A stretch of DNA of 64,000 nucleotides from positions 2,409,165-2,473,164 of the forward strand of contig NC_057719.1 of assembly GCF_004010195.1 (NCBI RefSeq), read 5' to 3'. The stretch comes from Chiloscyllium plagiosum (Eukaryota). Made by a program: the position numbers and the translations under genes. Positions 1-13,191 of the stretch are shown piece by piece (positions within the stretch are counted from its first letter, which is position 1; each line of letters opens with the position of its first letter). Under the pieces are notes generated by a model. It did no database searches. It had not been told where the DNA came from and was given only the letters and a program-made list of their open reading frames with translations.

Positions 1-1735
1 AAGTAGGAGTATACTTAAGAGGGAAATCAGGACGGCAAAACAGTGACATGAGATAGCTCTGGCAAATGCAATTAAGGAGAATCCAAAAGGTTTTTACAAA
101 TATATTAAGGACAAAAGGGTAACTAGGGAGAGAATAGGGCCCCACAAAGATCAGCAAGGCGACCTTTGTGTGGAGCCTCAGAAAATGGGGGAGATACTAA
201 ATGAATATTTTGCATCAGTATTTACTGTGGAAAAGGACATGGAAGAGAAAGACTGTAGGGAAATAGATGGTGACATCTTGCAAAATGTCCAGATTACAGA
301 GGAGGAAGTGCTGGATGTCTTGAAACGGTTAAAGGTGGATAAATCCCCAGGACCTGATCAGGTGTACCTGAGAACTCTGTGGGAAGCTAGAGAAGTGATT
401 GCTGGGCCTTTTGCTGAGATATTTGTGTCATCGATAGTCACAGGTGAGGTGCCGGAAGACTGGAGGTTGGCAAACGTGGTGCCACTGTTTGGTGGTAAGG
501 ACAAGCCAGGGAACTATAGACTAGTGAGCCTGACCTCGGTGGTGGGCAAGTTGTTGGAGGGAATCTTGAGGGATAGGATGTACATATATTTGGAAAAGCA
601 AGGACTGATTCGGGATAGTCAACATGCTTTGTGCGTGGGAAATCATGTCTCACAAACTTGATTGAGTCTTTTGAAGAAGTAACAAAGACGATTGATGAGG
701 GCAGAGTGGTAGATGTGATCCTTATGGACTTCAGTAAGGTGTTCGACAAGGTTCCCCATGGGAGACTGATTAGCAAGGTTAGGTCTCATGGAATACAGGG
801 AGAACTAGCCATTTGGATACAGAACTGGCTCAAAGGTAGAAGACAGAGGGTGGTGGTGGAGGGTTGATTTTCAGACTGGAGGCCATTGACCAGTGCAGTG
901 CCACAAGGATCGGTGCTGGGCCCTCTACTTTTTGTCATTTACATAAATGATTTTGACGCGAGCATAAGAGGTACAGTTAGTAAGTTTGCAGATGACACCA
1001 AAATTGGAGGTGTAGTGGGCAGCGAAGAGGGTTACCTCAGATTACAACAGGATCTGGACCAGATGGGCCAATGGGCTGAGAAGTGGCAGATGGAGTTTAA
1101 TTCAGATAAATGCGAGGTACTGCATTTTGGGAAAGCAAATCTTANNNNNNNNNNNNNNNNNNNNNNNNNNNNNNNNNNNNNNNNNNNNNNNNNNNNNNNN
1201 NNNNNNNNNNNNNNNNNNNNNNNNNNNNNNNNNNNNNNNNNNNNNNNNNNNNNNNNNNNNNNNNNNNNNNNNNNNNNNNNNNNNNNNNNNNNNNNTGAGC
1301 TACAGGGAGAGGCTGAACAGGCTGGGGCTGTTTTCCCTGGAGCGTCGGAGGCTGAGGGGTGGCCTTATAGAGGTTTATAAAATTATGAGGGGCATAGATA
1401 GGATAAATAGACAAAGTCTTTTCCCTGGGGTGGGGGAGTCCAGAACTAGAGGGCATTGGTTTAGGGTAAGAGGGGAAAGATATAAAAGAGACCTAAGGGG
1501 CAACATTTTCACGCAGAGGGTGGTACGTGTATGGAATGAGCTGCCAGAGGATGTGGTGGAGGCTGGTACAATTGCAACATTTAAGAGGCATCTGGATGGG
1601 GATATGAATAGGACGGGTTTGGAGGGGTATGGGCCGGGTGCTGGCAGGTGGGACTAGATTGGGTTGGGATAGCTGGTCGGCATGGACGTGTTGGACCGAA
1701 GGGTCTGTTTCCATGCTGTACATCTGTATGACTCC
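1..1735 (+). mobile_element. CR1 (HER1-like) LINE, decayed ORF2 RT region to 3' end, with an N gap
   Basis: Frameshifted ORFs with KSPGPD, NYRLVSLTSVVGK, DFSKVFDKVPH, PQGSVLGP, KFADDTK and the C-terminus GYGPGAGRWD*, followed by the CR1 3' UTR. Confidence 0.95.
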
Positions 1736-1919
1736 ACGGCTCTCTTGGCCTGGGGTCTTCAGCATTGATGAGTAATCCCGAGCAAACGACTGGAGGTATA
1801 ACTCCCATCCGTCACTTGGTGGGGAGGCATGTGGAAAGAGGTCTCAGAATGAGTTCATCCGCCAGATGAGAAAGATTTCACCCCCCCCCCCCCCCCCCCA
1901 ACCCCAGGATCCCATTCCA

Positions 1920-2570
1920 ACCTTGGCCTGTATGTGCACAGATCCCTGTCACTGAGAGGACAGGTGGAGACAGCCGTTAGATAGAACACAGCGACCTTGG
2001 CTTCATTACCAAGGTCAGAGAGTACAAGAGCAGGGAGGTGATGTTGCACTTGTACAAGACATTTGTTAGACCCCAGCTGGAGTACTGTGTCCAGTGTTGT
2101 GGGCCCCACATTACTGGAGAGATGTGAATGACTTGGAGAGGGCGCAGAAGCGATTGTTAAGAATGACTCCAGGAATGAGAAACATCAGCGATGAGGATAG
2201 ACTGGGGAAGCTGGGATTGTTTTCCTGGGAGAGAAGGCAGCTACAAGCAGCTTTGATCAAGATTTTCAAAACCATGAGGGGTCTGTACAGAATAGAGAGG
2301 GGGAAGCTGTTCACACTCATAAAAGGAAGATCGAGACGGCATGGACGTAAAGTGATATGCAAAGGAAACAAGGATGACATGAGGAAAAAATACTTCACTC
2401 AGCGAGCGGTTAGCGTCAGGAATGTGCTATCTGGAAATGTGATGGAGGCTATTTCAACTGAGGCATTCAAGAGGGATGGTTATTTGGATCGAAATGGTGT
2501 ACAGGGATATGGGGAAAAGGCAGGAGGTTGTCACCTGATGCAGATACAATGCTCTGGAACAATTCTGTGA
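1920..2570 (+). mobile_element. older CR1 LINE 3' fragment
   Basis: ORF 2094-2570 WAPHYWRDVNDLERAQKR...LGLFSWERRQL. Confidence 0.85.
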
Positions 2571-3806
2571 TTCCTGCTGGACACTCTCAGTATGGAGGGA
2601 GAGCAGGAAGGGACAGAGGTACAGATCCTCCACGGTCAGTCACCATTTAGGTGACCTTCTCTGGCCTTTGGGCAGGGATACTGGAGAGGTCACAGGTCAC
2701 AGGGCTGCAGAACACACACGTGGGATGTGTAAGACGGTGTTGGTGGTTGGAGCTGAAGTGGGGGATTGGGGGCAGTCACATTAGAAGTGGAGGAGTCGGA
2801 GGGATGGAGGCTGATTGACTGGGCCAGAGGTAGTGACCTCCAAAGTGCTCCAAGACTGAAATAGGGTGAGATTGGAGAATGGAAATCCTCTACCAGCACC
2901 CCGCCCCCACACCCTCCCTCTACATGTCTGACACCCCCACACACCCCCACCCCCTCCCTCTACACGTCTATCACCCTCACAACCCCTCCCTGTACATGTC
3001 TGACCACCATTCAGCCCTCATTCTTCCCTCTACATGTCTGACACTCCTCACACACACAGTCCCCTCCCTTCCCTGCACAGATGTGACCCTCCAGTTAGTA
3101 ATTGCCTGAAGATTTGGGAATGTTGGAGCTAACAAGGATGTGCTTGAATGACTCAGTGGGTCATCGAAACAGGAACATCTGGGGAGGCTAACCCCGAGCG
3201 TCTGCTGCTCAGTTGGATGGCGCTCCTACGGTGGCCTTCAGTTGTTGGAGCAGGAGAAGGACAGGGTAGCTGGCTGGGCCTTTGGGGGGATTGGGATTAA
3301 CACTAAAAATCACAAAAGGTTTTCATTACTGGAGGAACGAGAGAAGGAGTGAACTTCATTGAGAAATTTACTGTGGTATGTGATAGGCAGTTGGCACCTC
3401 AGAAGTTCTCAACAGTTTCTCACCTTTATCTCCACTGTCTCACTATCTTTTTAATCTTGCACCTCAATACAATGCAGGCGGAACCATCTGCCAGATCAGA
3501 ATCATCACTCCTTCATTCTCGTTTACTTGTCTCACATCTATGTCACTCTCACAGACTTTCTCTCAAAGCCTTTTCTCTCAGATTCTCATGTTTACATCCT
3601 CCCTTGTGCCCTCAGTCTTACATACACACACGTTCACCCCCTCTTTCATTAAATCTGATTACCTTCTATATCATTTTACCTTTTACATGTCTTACCTCTC
3701 TCTCTCTTTCTCTCTCTCACTCAGTCTTTCATGGTCACGATTCAGAGAAGATGACCACTCAGGTGTCCTATCTGTGTAAAAACTATCCAGCCTAACCCCA
3801 CTTTCA

Positions 3807-4165
3807 GAAGAACAAAGAAAATTTACAGCCCAGGAACAGGCCCTTCGGCCCTCCAAGCCTGAGCTGATCCAAATGTACTGTCTAAACCTGTCGCCCAATT
3901 CCTAAGCATCTGTATCCCTCTGCTCCCCACCTACTCATGCATCTGTCCAGACGCATCTTAAATGAATCTACCGTGCCTGCCTCTACCACCTCTGCTGGCA
4001 ACGCGTTCCAAACACCCACCGCCCTCTGTGTGAAGTACTTACCGTGATAGCTCCCTTAAACTTTTCGCCCCTCACCTTGAACACCTGATCTCTCGTTATT
4101 GAATCCTTCACCCTGGGAAAAAGCTTATCTCTATCCACCCTGTCTATACACTTTATGATTTTGTA
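3807..4165 (-). mobile_element. CR1 LINE 3' fragment
   Basis: Minus strand VYKIIKCIDRVDRDKLFPRV...FKVRG, then ggccgaagggcctgtt 3' UTR. Confidence 0.8.
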
Positions 4166-4503
4166 AACAGGGTCCATTAATTTGGTCCACATGGTGTGTA
4201 GGTTACAGATCTTCACGATATAATCAATATTATTTGAAACGCAATGAGGATTTCTATCTCCTACCAACCTTTCAGCCAATGACTTCCAGCTCCCACTTCT
4301 CCTCCACTTTCCTCAAATCCTCCCATTAATTCCGATGTCTCCAAGTTTTGTTCCCTTGCCAAGGGAAATACACCCACCTATTCACTCAATTTCCTCACAC
4401 CTCCATTATATCTCTCCGTGTTACAAAGAAAGCAAATCCAGTTTATCTCTATTCCCGGCAACATTCTGGTAAATCTGCTGTGTCGTCTCTCTCGTGCAAT
4501 AAC

Positions 4504-4867
4504 ATCCTTCCTGTGATGTGTGACCAGGGCGGTGTGCAGTAATATACCTGCCGCTAGACTAGTTAAGACTAGGTAAATCTGTTGGTGACAGATAAATAAG
4601 TCGGAAGGCAAGTGCTGAATAAGTCACAAAGATTCTGCTGAGGTATATAGACACAGTGGCTCAGTGGTTAACACTGCTGCCTCATAATCCTTCCTGTGAT
4701 GTGTGACCAGGGCGGTGTGCAGTAATATACCTGCCGCTAGACTAGTTAAGACTAGGTAAATCTGTTGGTGACAGAAAAATAAGTCGGAAGGCAAGTGCTG
4801 AATAAGTCACAAAGATTCTGCTGAGGTATATAGACAGTGGCTCAGTGGTTAACACTGCTGCCTCATA
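4504..4867 (+). repeat. tandem duplication, 2 x ~183 bp, including the head of a SINE
   Basis: atccttcctgtgatgtgtgacc...cactgctgcctcata starts at 4504 and again at 4687. Confidence 0.9.
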
Positions 4868-6297
4868 GTGCCAGGGACCCAGGTTCGATTCTATCCTTGG
4901 GCAACTGTCTGTATGGAGTTTACACATTCTCCCTGTGTCTGCAGGTTAGGGTAGATTGGCCATACTAAATTGCCCATACTATCCAGGGATGCCCAGGCTT
5001 GATGGATTAGACATGGAAAATGAAGGGTTATAAGGTAGGAGGCTGGGTCTGGGTGGGATGTTGTTTGGAAGATTGGTGCGGACTTGATGGGCTGAGGGAG
5101 TAAGGGGTTGTTGAGTTAGGGCTGTGAATGAGGAGGAATGTCTTCTCTCTGAGGGGAGTGGATCTGTGCAATTCTTTCCAACAGAGGGCTGTCGAGGCTG
5201 GGTCATTCAATATAGTCAAGGCGGACAGAGACAGATTTTTAATCAGTGAGGAGATTAATGGTTATGGTGAAAAGGCAGGAAAGTGGAGTTGAGGATTATT
5301 AGATTAGCCATGATCTCATTGAATGATGGGCTGAATGGCCTCAATTTTGCTCCTGTCGATTAGCTTTATCGTCCCATGTGCTTACATGAGTACAGGGAAC
5401 AGTTTACAAGTTGCCACTTAAGGTACCATGTTCGTTCCCAAGGTACCTAGGTACAGATCCTTGAGGACAATTCTGAGGGAAAAAAGTTCAGAACAATATA
5501 ATATAATAAACAAAAAGAAATTTTAAAGAAGTGAATTTAAGACAAAGTCCACTCAGACTGTTCCACAGCCAGGCCAGACCCACCATTATGGTCTTAATAC
5601 AGTTCCATCAAAACCTCCCTGTTCTTACATTCTGTCCTTCAGCTCATAGAGAAAAATGTAATTAACCCCACGTTTAGGTCCAACAAGTTCATTTAAAATC
5701 ACAAGCTTTTGGAACGTAGTCCCTTTGTTAGGCCACTGTGCTCTGAAAGCTTGTGTGATTTCAAGTAAGCCTCTGGGAATATAAACTGGTGTCATGGGCC
5801 TTCTCATTTTATCCAGCCCAGTCCAACAACGGCACCCCAACAACACCACAAAGGAAAGAATGCCTCTGGACCACCTCACTTCCTCCTACCGTCAAACATA
5901 TGTTGAAAAAGACAGAAGGTGACTCAGTAACCCCACTGCAAACAGCTCACAAAAGCTGAAGTGGTGACTGATTGGAGAGTGAGACGCACTCAGGGGATTC
6001 CTGATTACCTGCTTGCTCTGTCTTGGAAACCTGCCAGCTGCCCATTCCCTCTCTATCCTGACATGTAGCCAAGGAGTACAGCGTGTAACCCAGCAGCCTC
6101 TCAGCTCCCCCTGATGTGTAGCATTGATGCCAGCTGTCGTGAAAGTTCAGAAACCCAGGGCTCAAACTCTCCGGACAAAGATTCTCCTGCATGTGATTGT
6201 CCAAAACACAAAGGTCTGAACATGGAACAGGGAAGTGCCTCTGGTGGGTCGTAGCTAAACATTACAGAAGTAAATTTAAGAATTGTCCCTTCAGTAC

Positions 6298-6614
6298 GGG
6301 CAGCACGGTGGCTCAGTGGTTAGCACTGTTGCCTCACAGCACCAGGGTTCCAGGTTCGATTCCAGCCTCGGGTGACTGACTGTGTGGAGTTTGCACATTC
6401 TCCCTGGGTCTGCGTGGGTTTCCTCCGGGTGCTCCGGTTTCCTCCCACAGTCCAAAGATGTGCAGGTCAGGTGAATTGGCCATGCTAAATTGCCCGTAGT
6501 GTTAGGTGGATTAGTTAGAGGGGAATGGGTCTGGGTGGGTTACCCTTCGGAGGGTCGGTGTGGACGGGTTGGGCCGAAGGGCCTGTTTCCACACTGCATG
6601 GGAATCTAATCTAA
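6298..6614 (+). mobile_element. HE1-like tRNA-derived V-SINE, full length
   Basis: A box tggctcagtgg, B box ggttcgattcc, V domain tgtgtggagtttgcacattctccc, CR1-like tail ending tctaatctaa. Confidence 0.92.
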
Positions 6615-6882
6615 CCAGCTCAATATCTTCCTTTCACTCTGTAGCGTTCTCTGTCACCGACTTGCTCAGTTACTCCTTCTTACTCTCTCTTCTCACTCTC
6701 AGTCTTCCTTTATCATTGAAGCTGTCGCCCTCGCTTTTATACATGCTCTCGTTCTCTCTATCTCCCACTCTCACAAACTATCTTACTCATTGATCTCCTC
6801 CTCTATCACCTTCTCAGTCTCTCCTGCTCAAGGAAACCTAAGTGAAATATGCATAATTCAGGACACAAGGTGGAGAACCATT

Positions 6883-7020
6883 CTGTCCCTCCTGATGCTG
6901 CCTGGCTTGCTGTGTTCCCCCAGCCTCCTGCCTGTCCCTCCTGATGCTGCCTGGCTTGCCGTGTTCCCCCAGCCTCCTGCCTGTCTACCTTGGATTCCAG
7001 CATCTGCGTTTTTTTTGTCT
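6883..7020 (+). mobile_element. Penelope-type terminal repeat fragment with a 49-bp internal duplication
   Basis: ccctcctgatgctgcctggcttgc...cagcctcctg twice; similar to 50480-50555. Confidence 0.7.
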
Positions 7021-7119
7021 CGAATTCAGGATCCAGGTAGGGAAATGGGTGATGGAGGTGAAGAGGAGAGCAAGATATGTCTGAATAGTCAACACAATTA
7101 CAACCACCTTCCTGTCAGA

Positions 7120-7580
7120 GCAAACTATTGCAGATGTTGGGATCTGTAACTGAAAACCAAAAATGCTGGAGGTCACAGCAGGTCAGGCAGTATCATGGAA
7201 AGAGAGCATGTGGCTCTTCCTCAGAGAGGACGTGGAGTGGGGAGGGGGCTGCATTTATGCAATAATGGTGGGGGTGGAGTGCTGGGGGGGAGCGGCTGCT
7301 GATTGTGCAGATTAAGTGATTGGAATGTGAGAACAGCAGAACATTGGTGTGTCTAACTCCGAGACTGGAATGTATAGATAGTCCCACTGGAGTGGGGGGT
7401 GGGGACAGAGGACATGGTTACAGAGAATGTAACAAGTAAAGCTAAAATAAATGGAAGTAATGGGAGTGCCTTCACAATCTGAAGGTGCTGAACTCAGTAT
7501 TAAGTCCAGAAGGTTGTACAGTGCCCAGTCTGAAGATGAGACGTTGTTTGTCCAGTTTACACTGTGATTTGTTGGAGCAT
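7120..7580 (-). mobile_element. decayed Penelope-like element 3' part
   Basis: Similar to the 3' part of 48918-49270 and 23970-24420. Confidence 0.55.
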
Positions 7581-7609
7581 ATTCCTATGTATCAGGGAGT
7601 TTGCCCCAA

Positions 7610-7855
7610 CTCTCATTGATTCCAGTTTTGCCAGGGGTCCTTGATGCCGCACTCAGTCGAATCCAGCCTTGATGTCAAGGGCTGTCCCTCTCCCCTCCCG
7701 TCTGGAATCCAGCTCTTTTGTCCATGTTTGAACCAAGGCTGGAATGAGGTCAGGAGCTGAGTGACCCTGGCAGAACCCAGATTGAACAGGTTATTGCTGA
7801 GCAGGTGCTGTTTGATAGCACTGTTGGTGACCCCTTCCATCACTTTCCTGATGAT
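7610..7855 (-). mobile_element. L2/CR1-group LINE RT fragment (family of 61870-64000)
   Basis: IIRKVMEGVTNSAIKQHLLSNNL, identical to ORF 63252-63698. Confidence 0.85.
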
Positions 7856-7872
7856 TTGTAACCTCATGAGGG

Positions 7873-8385
7873 ACATAGAACATAGAACATAGAACAATAC
7901 AGCACAGAACAGGCCCTTCGGCCCATGATGTTGTGCCGAACATTTGTCCTAGCTTAAGCACCTATCCATGTACCTATCCAATTGCCGCTTAAAGTTCACC
8001 AATGATTCTGACTCTGCCACTCCCACAGGCAGCGCACTCCATGCCCCCACCACTCTCTGGGTAAAGAACCCACCCCTGACATCCCCCCTATACCTTCCAC
8101 CCTTCACCTTAAATATATGTCCCCTTGTAACACTCTGTTGTACCCATGGAAAAAAAGTTTCTGACTGTCTACTCTATCTACTCCTCTGATCATCTTATAA
8201 ACCTCTAGCAAGTCACCCCTCATCCTTCGCCGTCCCAACGAGAAAAGGCCGAGAACTCTCAACCTAGCCTCGTACGACTTCCTCTCCATTCCAGGCAACA
8301 TCCTGGTAAATCTCCTCTGCACCCTCTCCAAAGCTTCCACATCTTTCCTAAAGTGAGGCGACCAGAACTCCACACAGTACTCCAA
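7873..8385 (-). mobile_element. CR1 LINE 3' end
   Basis: LEYCVEFWSPHFRKDVEALERVQRRFTRMLPG; tail reads (catagaa)n on the + strand. Confidence 0.9.
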
Positions 8386-9083
8386 NNNNNNNNNNNNNNN
8401 NNNNNNNNNNNNNNNNNNNNNNNNNNNNNNNNNNNNNNNNNNNNNNNNNNNNNNNNNNNNNNNNNNNNNNNNNNNNNNNNNNNNNNNNNNNNNNNNNNNN
8501 NNNNNNNNNNNNNNNNNNNNNNNNNNNNNNNNNNNNNNNNNNNNNNNNNNNNNNNNNNNNNNNNNNNNNNNNNNNNNNNNNNNNNNNNNNNNNNNNNNNN
8601 NNNNNNNNNNNNNNNNNNNNNNNNNNNNNNNNNNNNNNNNNNNNNNNNNNNNNNNNNNNNNNNNNNNNNNNNNNNNNNNNNNNNNNNNNNNNNNNNNNNN
8701 NNNNNNNNNNNNNNNNNNNNNNNNNNNNNNNNNNNNNNNNNNNNNNNNNNNNNNNNNNNNNNNNNNNNNNNNNNNNNNNNNNNNNNNNNNNNNNNNNNNN
8801 NNNNNNNNNNNNNNNNNNNNNNNNNNNNNNNNNNNNNNNNNNNNNNNNNNNNNNNNNNNNNNNNNNNNNNNNNNNNNNNNNNNNNNNNNNNNNNNNNNNN
8901 NNNNNNNNNNNNNNNNNNNNNNNNNNNNNNNNNNNNNNNNNNNNNNNNNNNNNNNNNNNNNNNNNNNNNNNNNNNNNNNNNNNNNNNNNNNNNNNNNNNN
9001 NNNNNNNNNNNNNNNNNNNNNNNNNNNNNNNNNNNNNNNNNNNNNNNNNNNNNNNNNNNNNNNNNNNNNNNNNNNNNNNNNNN

Positions 9084-9457
9084 ATAGAGACAGAGAGAGA
9101 CAAGGAGACAGAGACAGACACACATACAGAGACAGAGAGAGAAAGACACAAACACAGAGATATAAAAAGAGACATACAGAGATAGAGAGAGAGAGACATG
9201 GAGACAGAGAGAGACACAAACACAGACAGAGAGATGCACAGAGAGAGAGGGAGATCGATAGAGAGACACAGAGACAGAGAGAGACACGCACACACATACT
9301 GAGACACAGAGACAGAGTGACACACAGAGACAGAGAGAGAGAGAGAATGACAGAGAGACACAGAGATAGAGATACGCACACGCAGAGACACAGAGAGACA
9401 CAGAGACAAAGAGAGAGAGAGAATGACAGAGAGATATAGAGAGAAACACAGAGAGAA
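9084..9457. repeat. degenerate (GA/CA)n microsatellite next to a gap
   Basis: gagacagagagaga-type low-complexity run. Confidence 0.95.
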
Positions 9458-9720
9458 AAAGTTGCCCCTCAGGTCCCTTTTAACTCATTCCCCTCTCACC
9501 TTAACCCTATGCCCTCTAGTTTTGGACTCCCCTACCCTGGGAAAAAGACTTTGGCTATTTACCCTATTCATGCCCCTCATGATTTTATAAACCTCTATAA
9601 GGTCACCACCCCCCCTCAGCCGCCGACACTCCAGGGGAAACAGCCCTAGTCTATTCAGCCTCAAATCCTCCAACCCTGGCAACATCCTTGTAAATCTTTT
9701 CTAAACCCTTTCAAGTTTCA
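9455..9720 (-). mobile_element. CR1 LINE 3' fragment
   Basis: MLPGLEDL.RLNRLGLFPLE...GDLIEVYKIMRG. Confidence 0.85.
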
Positions 9721-9909
9721 CCAGAGCCTGACAAGAGCAACTTGCATCAATGCAGAGTCTGTAACATAGTGAAACATCCCAGGGAGACTCACAGAGGGGA
9801 TTATCAACCTCACAAAAACAAAATACTGCCAATGCTGGAAATCTGAAATAAAAACAAGTGCTGGAGAAGCTCAGCAAATAGCAGTGACAGGGGGGAGAGA
9901 TATAGTGAC

Positions 9910-9940
<31 letters not shown>

Positions 9941-9951
9941 GAGGCATTAAT

Positions 9952-11800
9952 TGACTGGGCTAAGGGTGATCGGAGATCCTGGATGGGATAAGGGTGATCG
10001 GAGATCCTGTTTGGGCTAAGGGTGATCGGAGATCCTGGATGGGATAAGGGTGATCGGAGATCCTGATTGGGCTAAGGGTGATCGGAGATCCTGACTGGGT
10101 TAAGGGTGATCAGAGATCCTGACTGGGATAAGGGTGATCAGAGATCCTGACTGGGATAAGGGTGATCGGAGATCCTGACTGAGATAAGAGTGATCGGAGA
10201 TCCTGACTGGGATAAAGGTGATCAGAGATCCTGACTGGGATACGGGTGATCGGAGATCCTGACTGGGTTAAGGGTGATCGGAGATCCTGACTGGGATAAG
10301 GGTGATCAGAGATCCTGACTGGGATAAGGGTGATCAGAGATCCTGATTGGGCTAAGGGTGATCAGAGATCCTGACTGGGATAAGAGTGATCGGAGATCCT
10401 GACTGGGATAAGGGTGATCGGAGATCCTTATTGGGCTAAGGGTGATCGGAGATCCTGACTGAGATAAGAGTGATCGGAGATCCTGACTGGGATAAAGGTG
10501 ATCAGAGATCCTGACTGGGATACGGGTGATCAGAGATCCTTATTGGGCTAAGGGTGATCGGAGATCCTGACTGAGATAAGAGTGATCGGAGATCCTGACT
10601 GGGATAAGAGTGATCGGAGATCCTGACTGGGATAAGGATGATCGGAGACCCTGACTGGGATAAGGCTGATCGGAGATCCTGATTGGGCTAAGGGTGATCA
10701 GAGATCCTGACTGGGATAAGGGTGATCAGAGATCCTGACTGGGCTAAGGGTGATCAGAGATCCTGACTGGGATAAGGGTGATCAGAGATCCTGACTGGGA
10801 TAAGGATGATCGGAGATCCTGACTGGGATAAGAGTGATCGGAGATCCTGACTGGGATACGGGTGATCAGAGATCCTGACTGGGCTAAGGATGATCAGAGA
10901 TCCTGACTGGGATAAGGGTGATCGGAGATCCTGATTGGGCTAAGGGTGATCGGAGATCCTGACTGAGATAAGAGTGATCGGAGATCCTGACTGGGATAAA
11001 GGTGATCAGAGATCTTGACTGGGATACGGGTGATCGGAGATCCTGACTGAGATAAGAGCGATCGGAGATCCTGACTGGGATAAAGGTGATCAGAGATCTT
11101 GACTGGGATAAGGATGATCGGAGGTCCTGACTGGGATACGGATGATCGGAGATCCTGACTGGGATACGGGTGATTGGAGGTCCTGATTGGGCTAAGGGTG
11201 ATCGGAGATCCTGACTGGCATACGGGTGATCGGAGATCCTGACTGGGATACGGATGATCGGAGATCCTGACTGGGATAAGGGTGATCAGAGATCCTGACT
11301 GGGCTAAGGGTGATCAGAAATCCTGACTGGGCTAAGGGTGATCAGAGATCCTGACTGGGATACGGGTGATCAGAGGTCCTGATTGGGCTAAGGGTGATCG
11401 GAGATCCTGACTGGGATAAGGGTGATCGGAGATCCTGACTGGGATAAGGCTGATCAGAGATCCTGACTGGGATAAGGGTGATCGGAGATCCTGACTGGGA
11501 TACGGGTGATCGGAGATCCTGACTGAGATAAGGGTGATCGGAGATCCTGACTGGGATACGGGTGATCGGAGATCCTGACTGGGATAAGGCTGATCAGAGA
11601 TCCTGACTGGAATAAGGGTGATCACAGATCCTGACTGGGATAAGGGTGATCGGAGATCCTGACTGGGATAAGGGTGATCGGAGATCCTGACTGGGATAAG
11701 GGTGATCGGAGGTCCTGACTGGGATACGGGTAATCAGAGATCCTGACTGGAATAAGGGTGATCAGAGATCCTGAGTGGGATAAGGCTGATCAGAGATCTG
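9952..11800 (+). repeat. 28-bp minisatellite, about 66 copies
   Basis: Unit gggataagggtgatcggagatcctgact; period 28 (9961 to 9989). Confidence 0.97.
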
Positions 11801-12339
11801 AAAAGGGATAGCTACAATGTACTCCTTCAGCCTTAGGTCTTATTAGTCACAACCTGTGTTACATCAACAAGCTTCCTGTCAGAAAATCCTCTCACTAACA
11901 ACTCCTAACCACAAAGTTTTGAGGGACATTGCAAAGCAGGGAAGAGGCAGAGGAGTTTAGAGGGGGGATTTCCAGAATGTTGGGCTCAGACAGCTGGACG
12001 TGTGGCTACCATGGAGCGTTCGCATTTGGAACGATCTTGAGGTTAGAAATAGAGGAACAAAGAGATCTTGGAGCATGGTGGGACCCGAGGGGATTATTGA
12101 ATTGGGGAGAGGGTGGAGCTGTGATGGAATTTGAGGATTTGTATCAGGTTTTGATTGGGCCCTGCTGCTTGATAGGGTTTAGGTCCACACAGAGCAAGCT
12201 CCAGTATGACCACTGGGCCTAAGGGATTCTATCCTTGAAATGGATGTTACACCGACATTCTCACCCCGGGGTTGCAGACATAATTTTGTTGATGGCTGGA
12301 AGTTGGCCCTGAGCTTGGTCTGCCTGCTGCACAACTGAG

Positions 12340-12600
12340 GGAGATGGTGAGGGAGTGGTTGAGGGAGACGGTGACGGAGGTGGTGAGGAATAGCGTGAGG
12401 GAAGTGGTCAGGCAAATGGCGAGCGAGACGGTGAGGGAGTGGGTGAGGGAGATGGTGAGGGAGTGGGTGAGGGATATGGTGACGGAGATGGTGATGGAGA
12501 TGATGGGGATGGTGAGGGAGTGGGCAAGGAAGATGGTGAGGGAGTGCGTGAGGGAGATTTTGAGGGAGATGGTGAGAGAGTGGGTGAAGGAGAGGGTGAA
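12340..12600 (+). repeat. degenerate 12-bp G-rich tandem repeat
   Basis: (gtgagggagtgg / gtgagggagatg)n; produces a VREW/VREM pseudo-ORF. Confidence 0.85.
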
Positions 12601-13191
12601 GTCAGGAACTGACTTGTCCCCAGCTCTCTGTCAGACATGCCGTCTCCCTAAAGGTGAGGCTGTTGGAAATAATTGACAAGCAGCCTCCTGTGTGGTTAGA
12701 GGTTGTTAATGAGAGGATTTCCTGACTGGAAGCTTGTTGATGTAACACAGGTTGTAACTAACGAGACCTAAGGCTGAAGGAGCACATTGTAGCTATCCCT
12801 ATCCGAGTCTTCGATCACCCTTGTACCAGTAGGATGTCTCCGGCCTTATCCCTGTCAGGATTTCTGACTGGACTCAGAGTTTTGTCAATTCTTCTTCCCA
12901 CAAGCAGCACCAGTACGATTTCCAAATCTGTGTCCTGGATCCAAAGTCAATCTAATGAATGGACAGTTTTCCAATTCTCCAGAAATCTGCAGGAATGAAA
13001 GCATTATCTCCGTAATGACATAATTCACAGGGGACTTTTAAATAAAAAGGTTTCAATTTAGGCAGTTTGGACCACTCTGTTTGCTTATTAAATGACAATT
13101 TGGGATAGGGATCACAGGCCTTTTGACTGGACAAACCAGAGTCTGATTGGCTGGGAAGGTGGATCACCTTGGAGATGGATGTGTCAGGTGA

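Noticed and set aside
8104..9449. Long ORFs of 350-425 aa
   Set aside because: Made of N gaps and GA microsatellite
9952..11800. CRISPR-like appearance of the 28-bp repeats
   Set aside because: Units are contiguous with no unique spacers, there are no cas genes, and the context is eukaryotic
12344..12676. VREW/VREM or Ser-Pro repeat protein
   Set aside because: Translation of a 12-bp low-complexity repeat with no gene context
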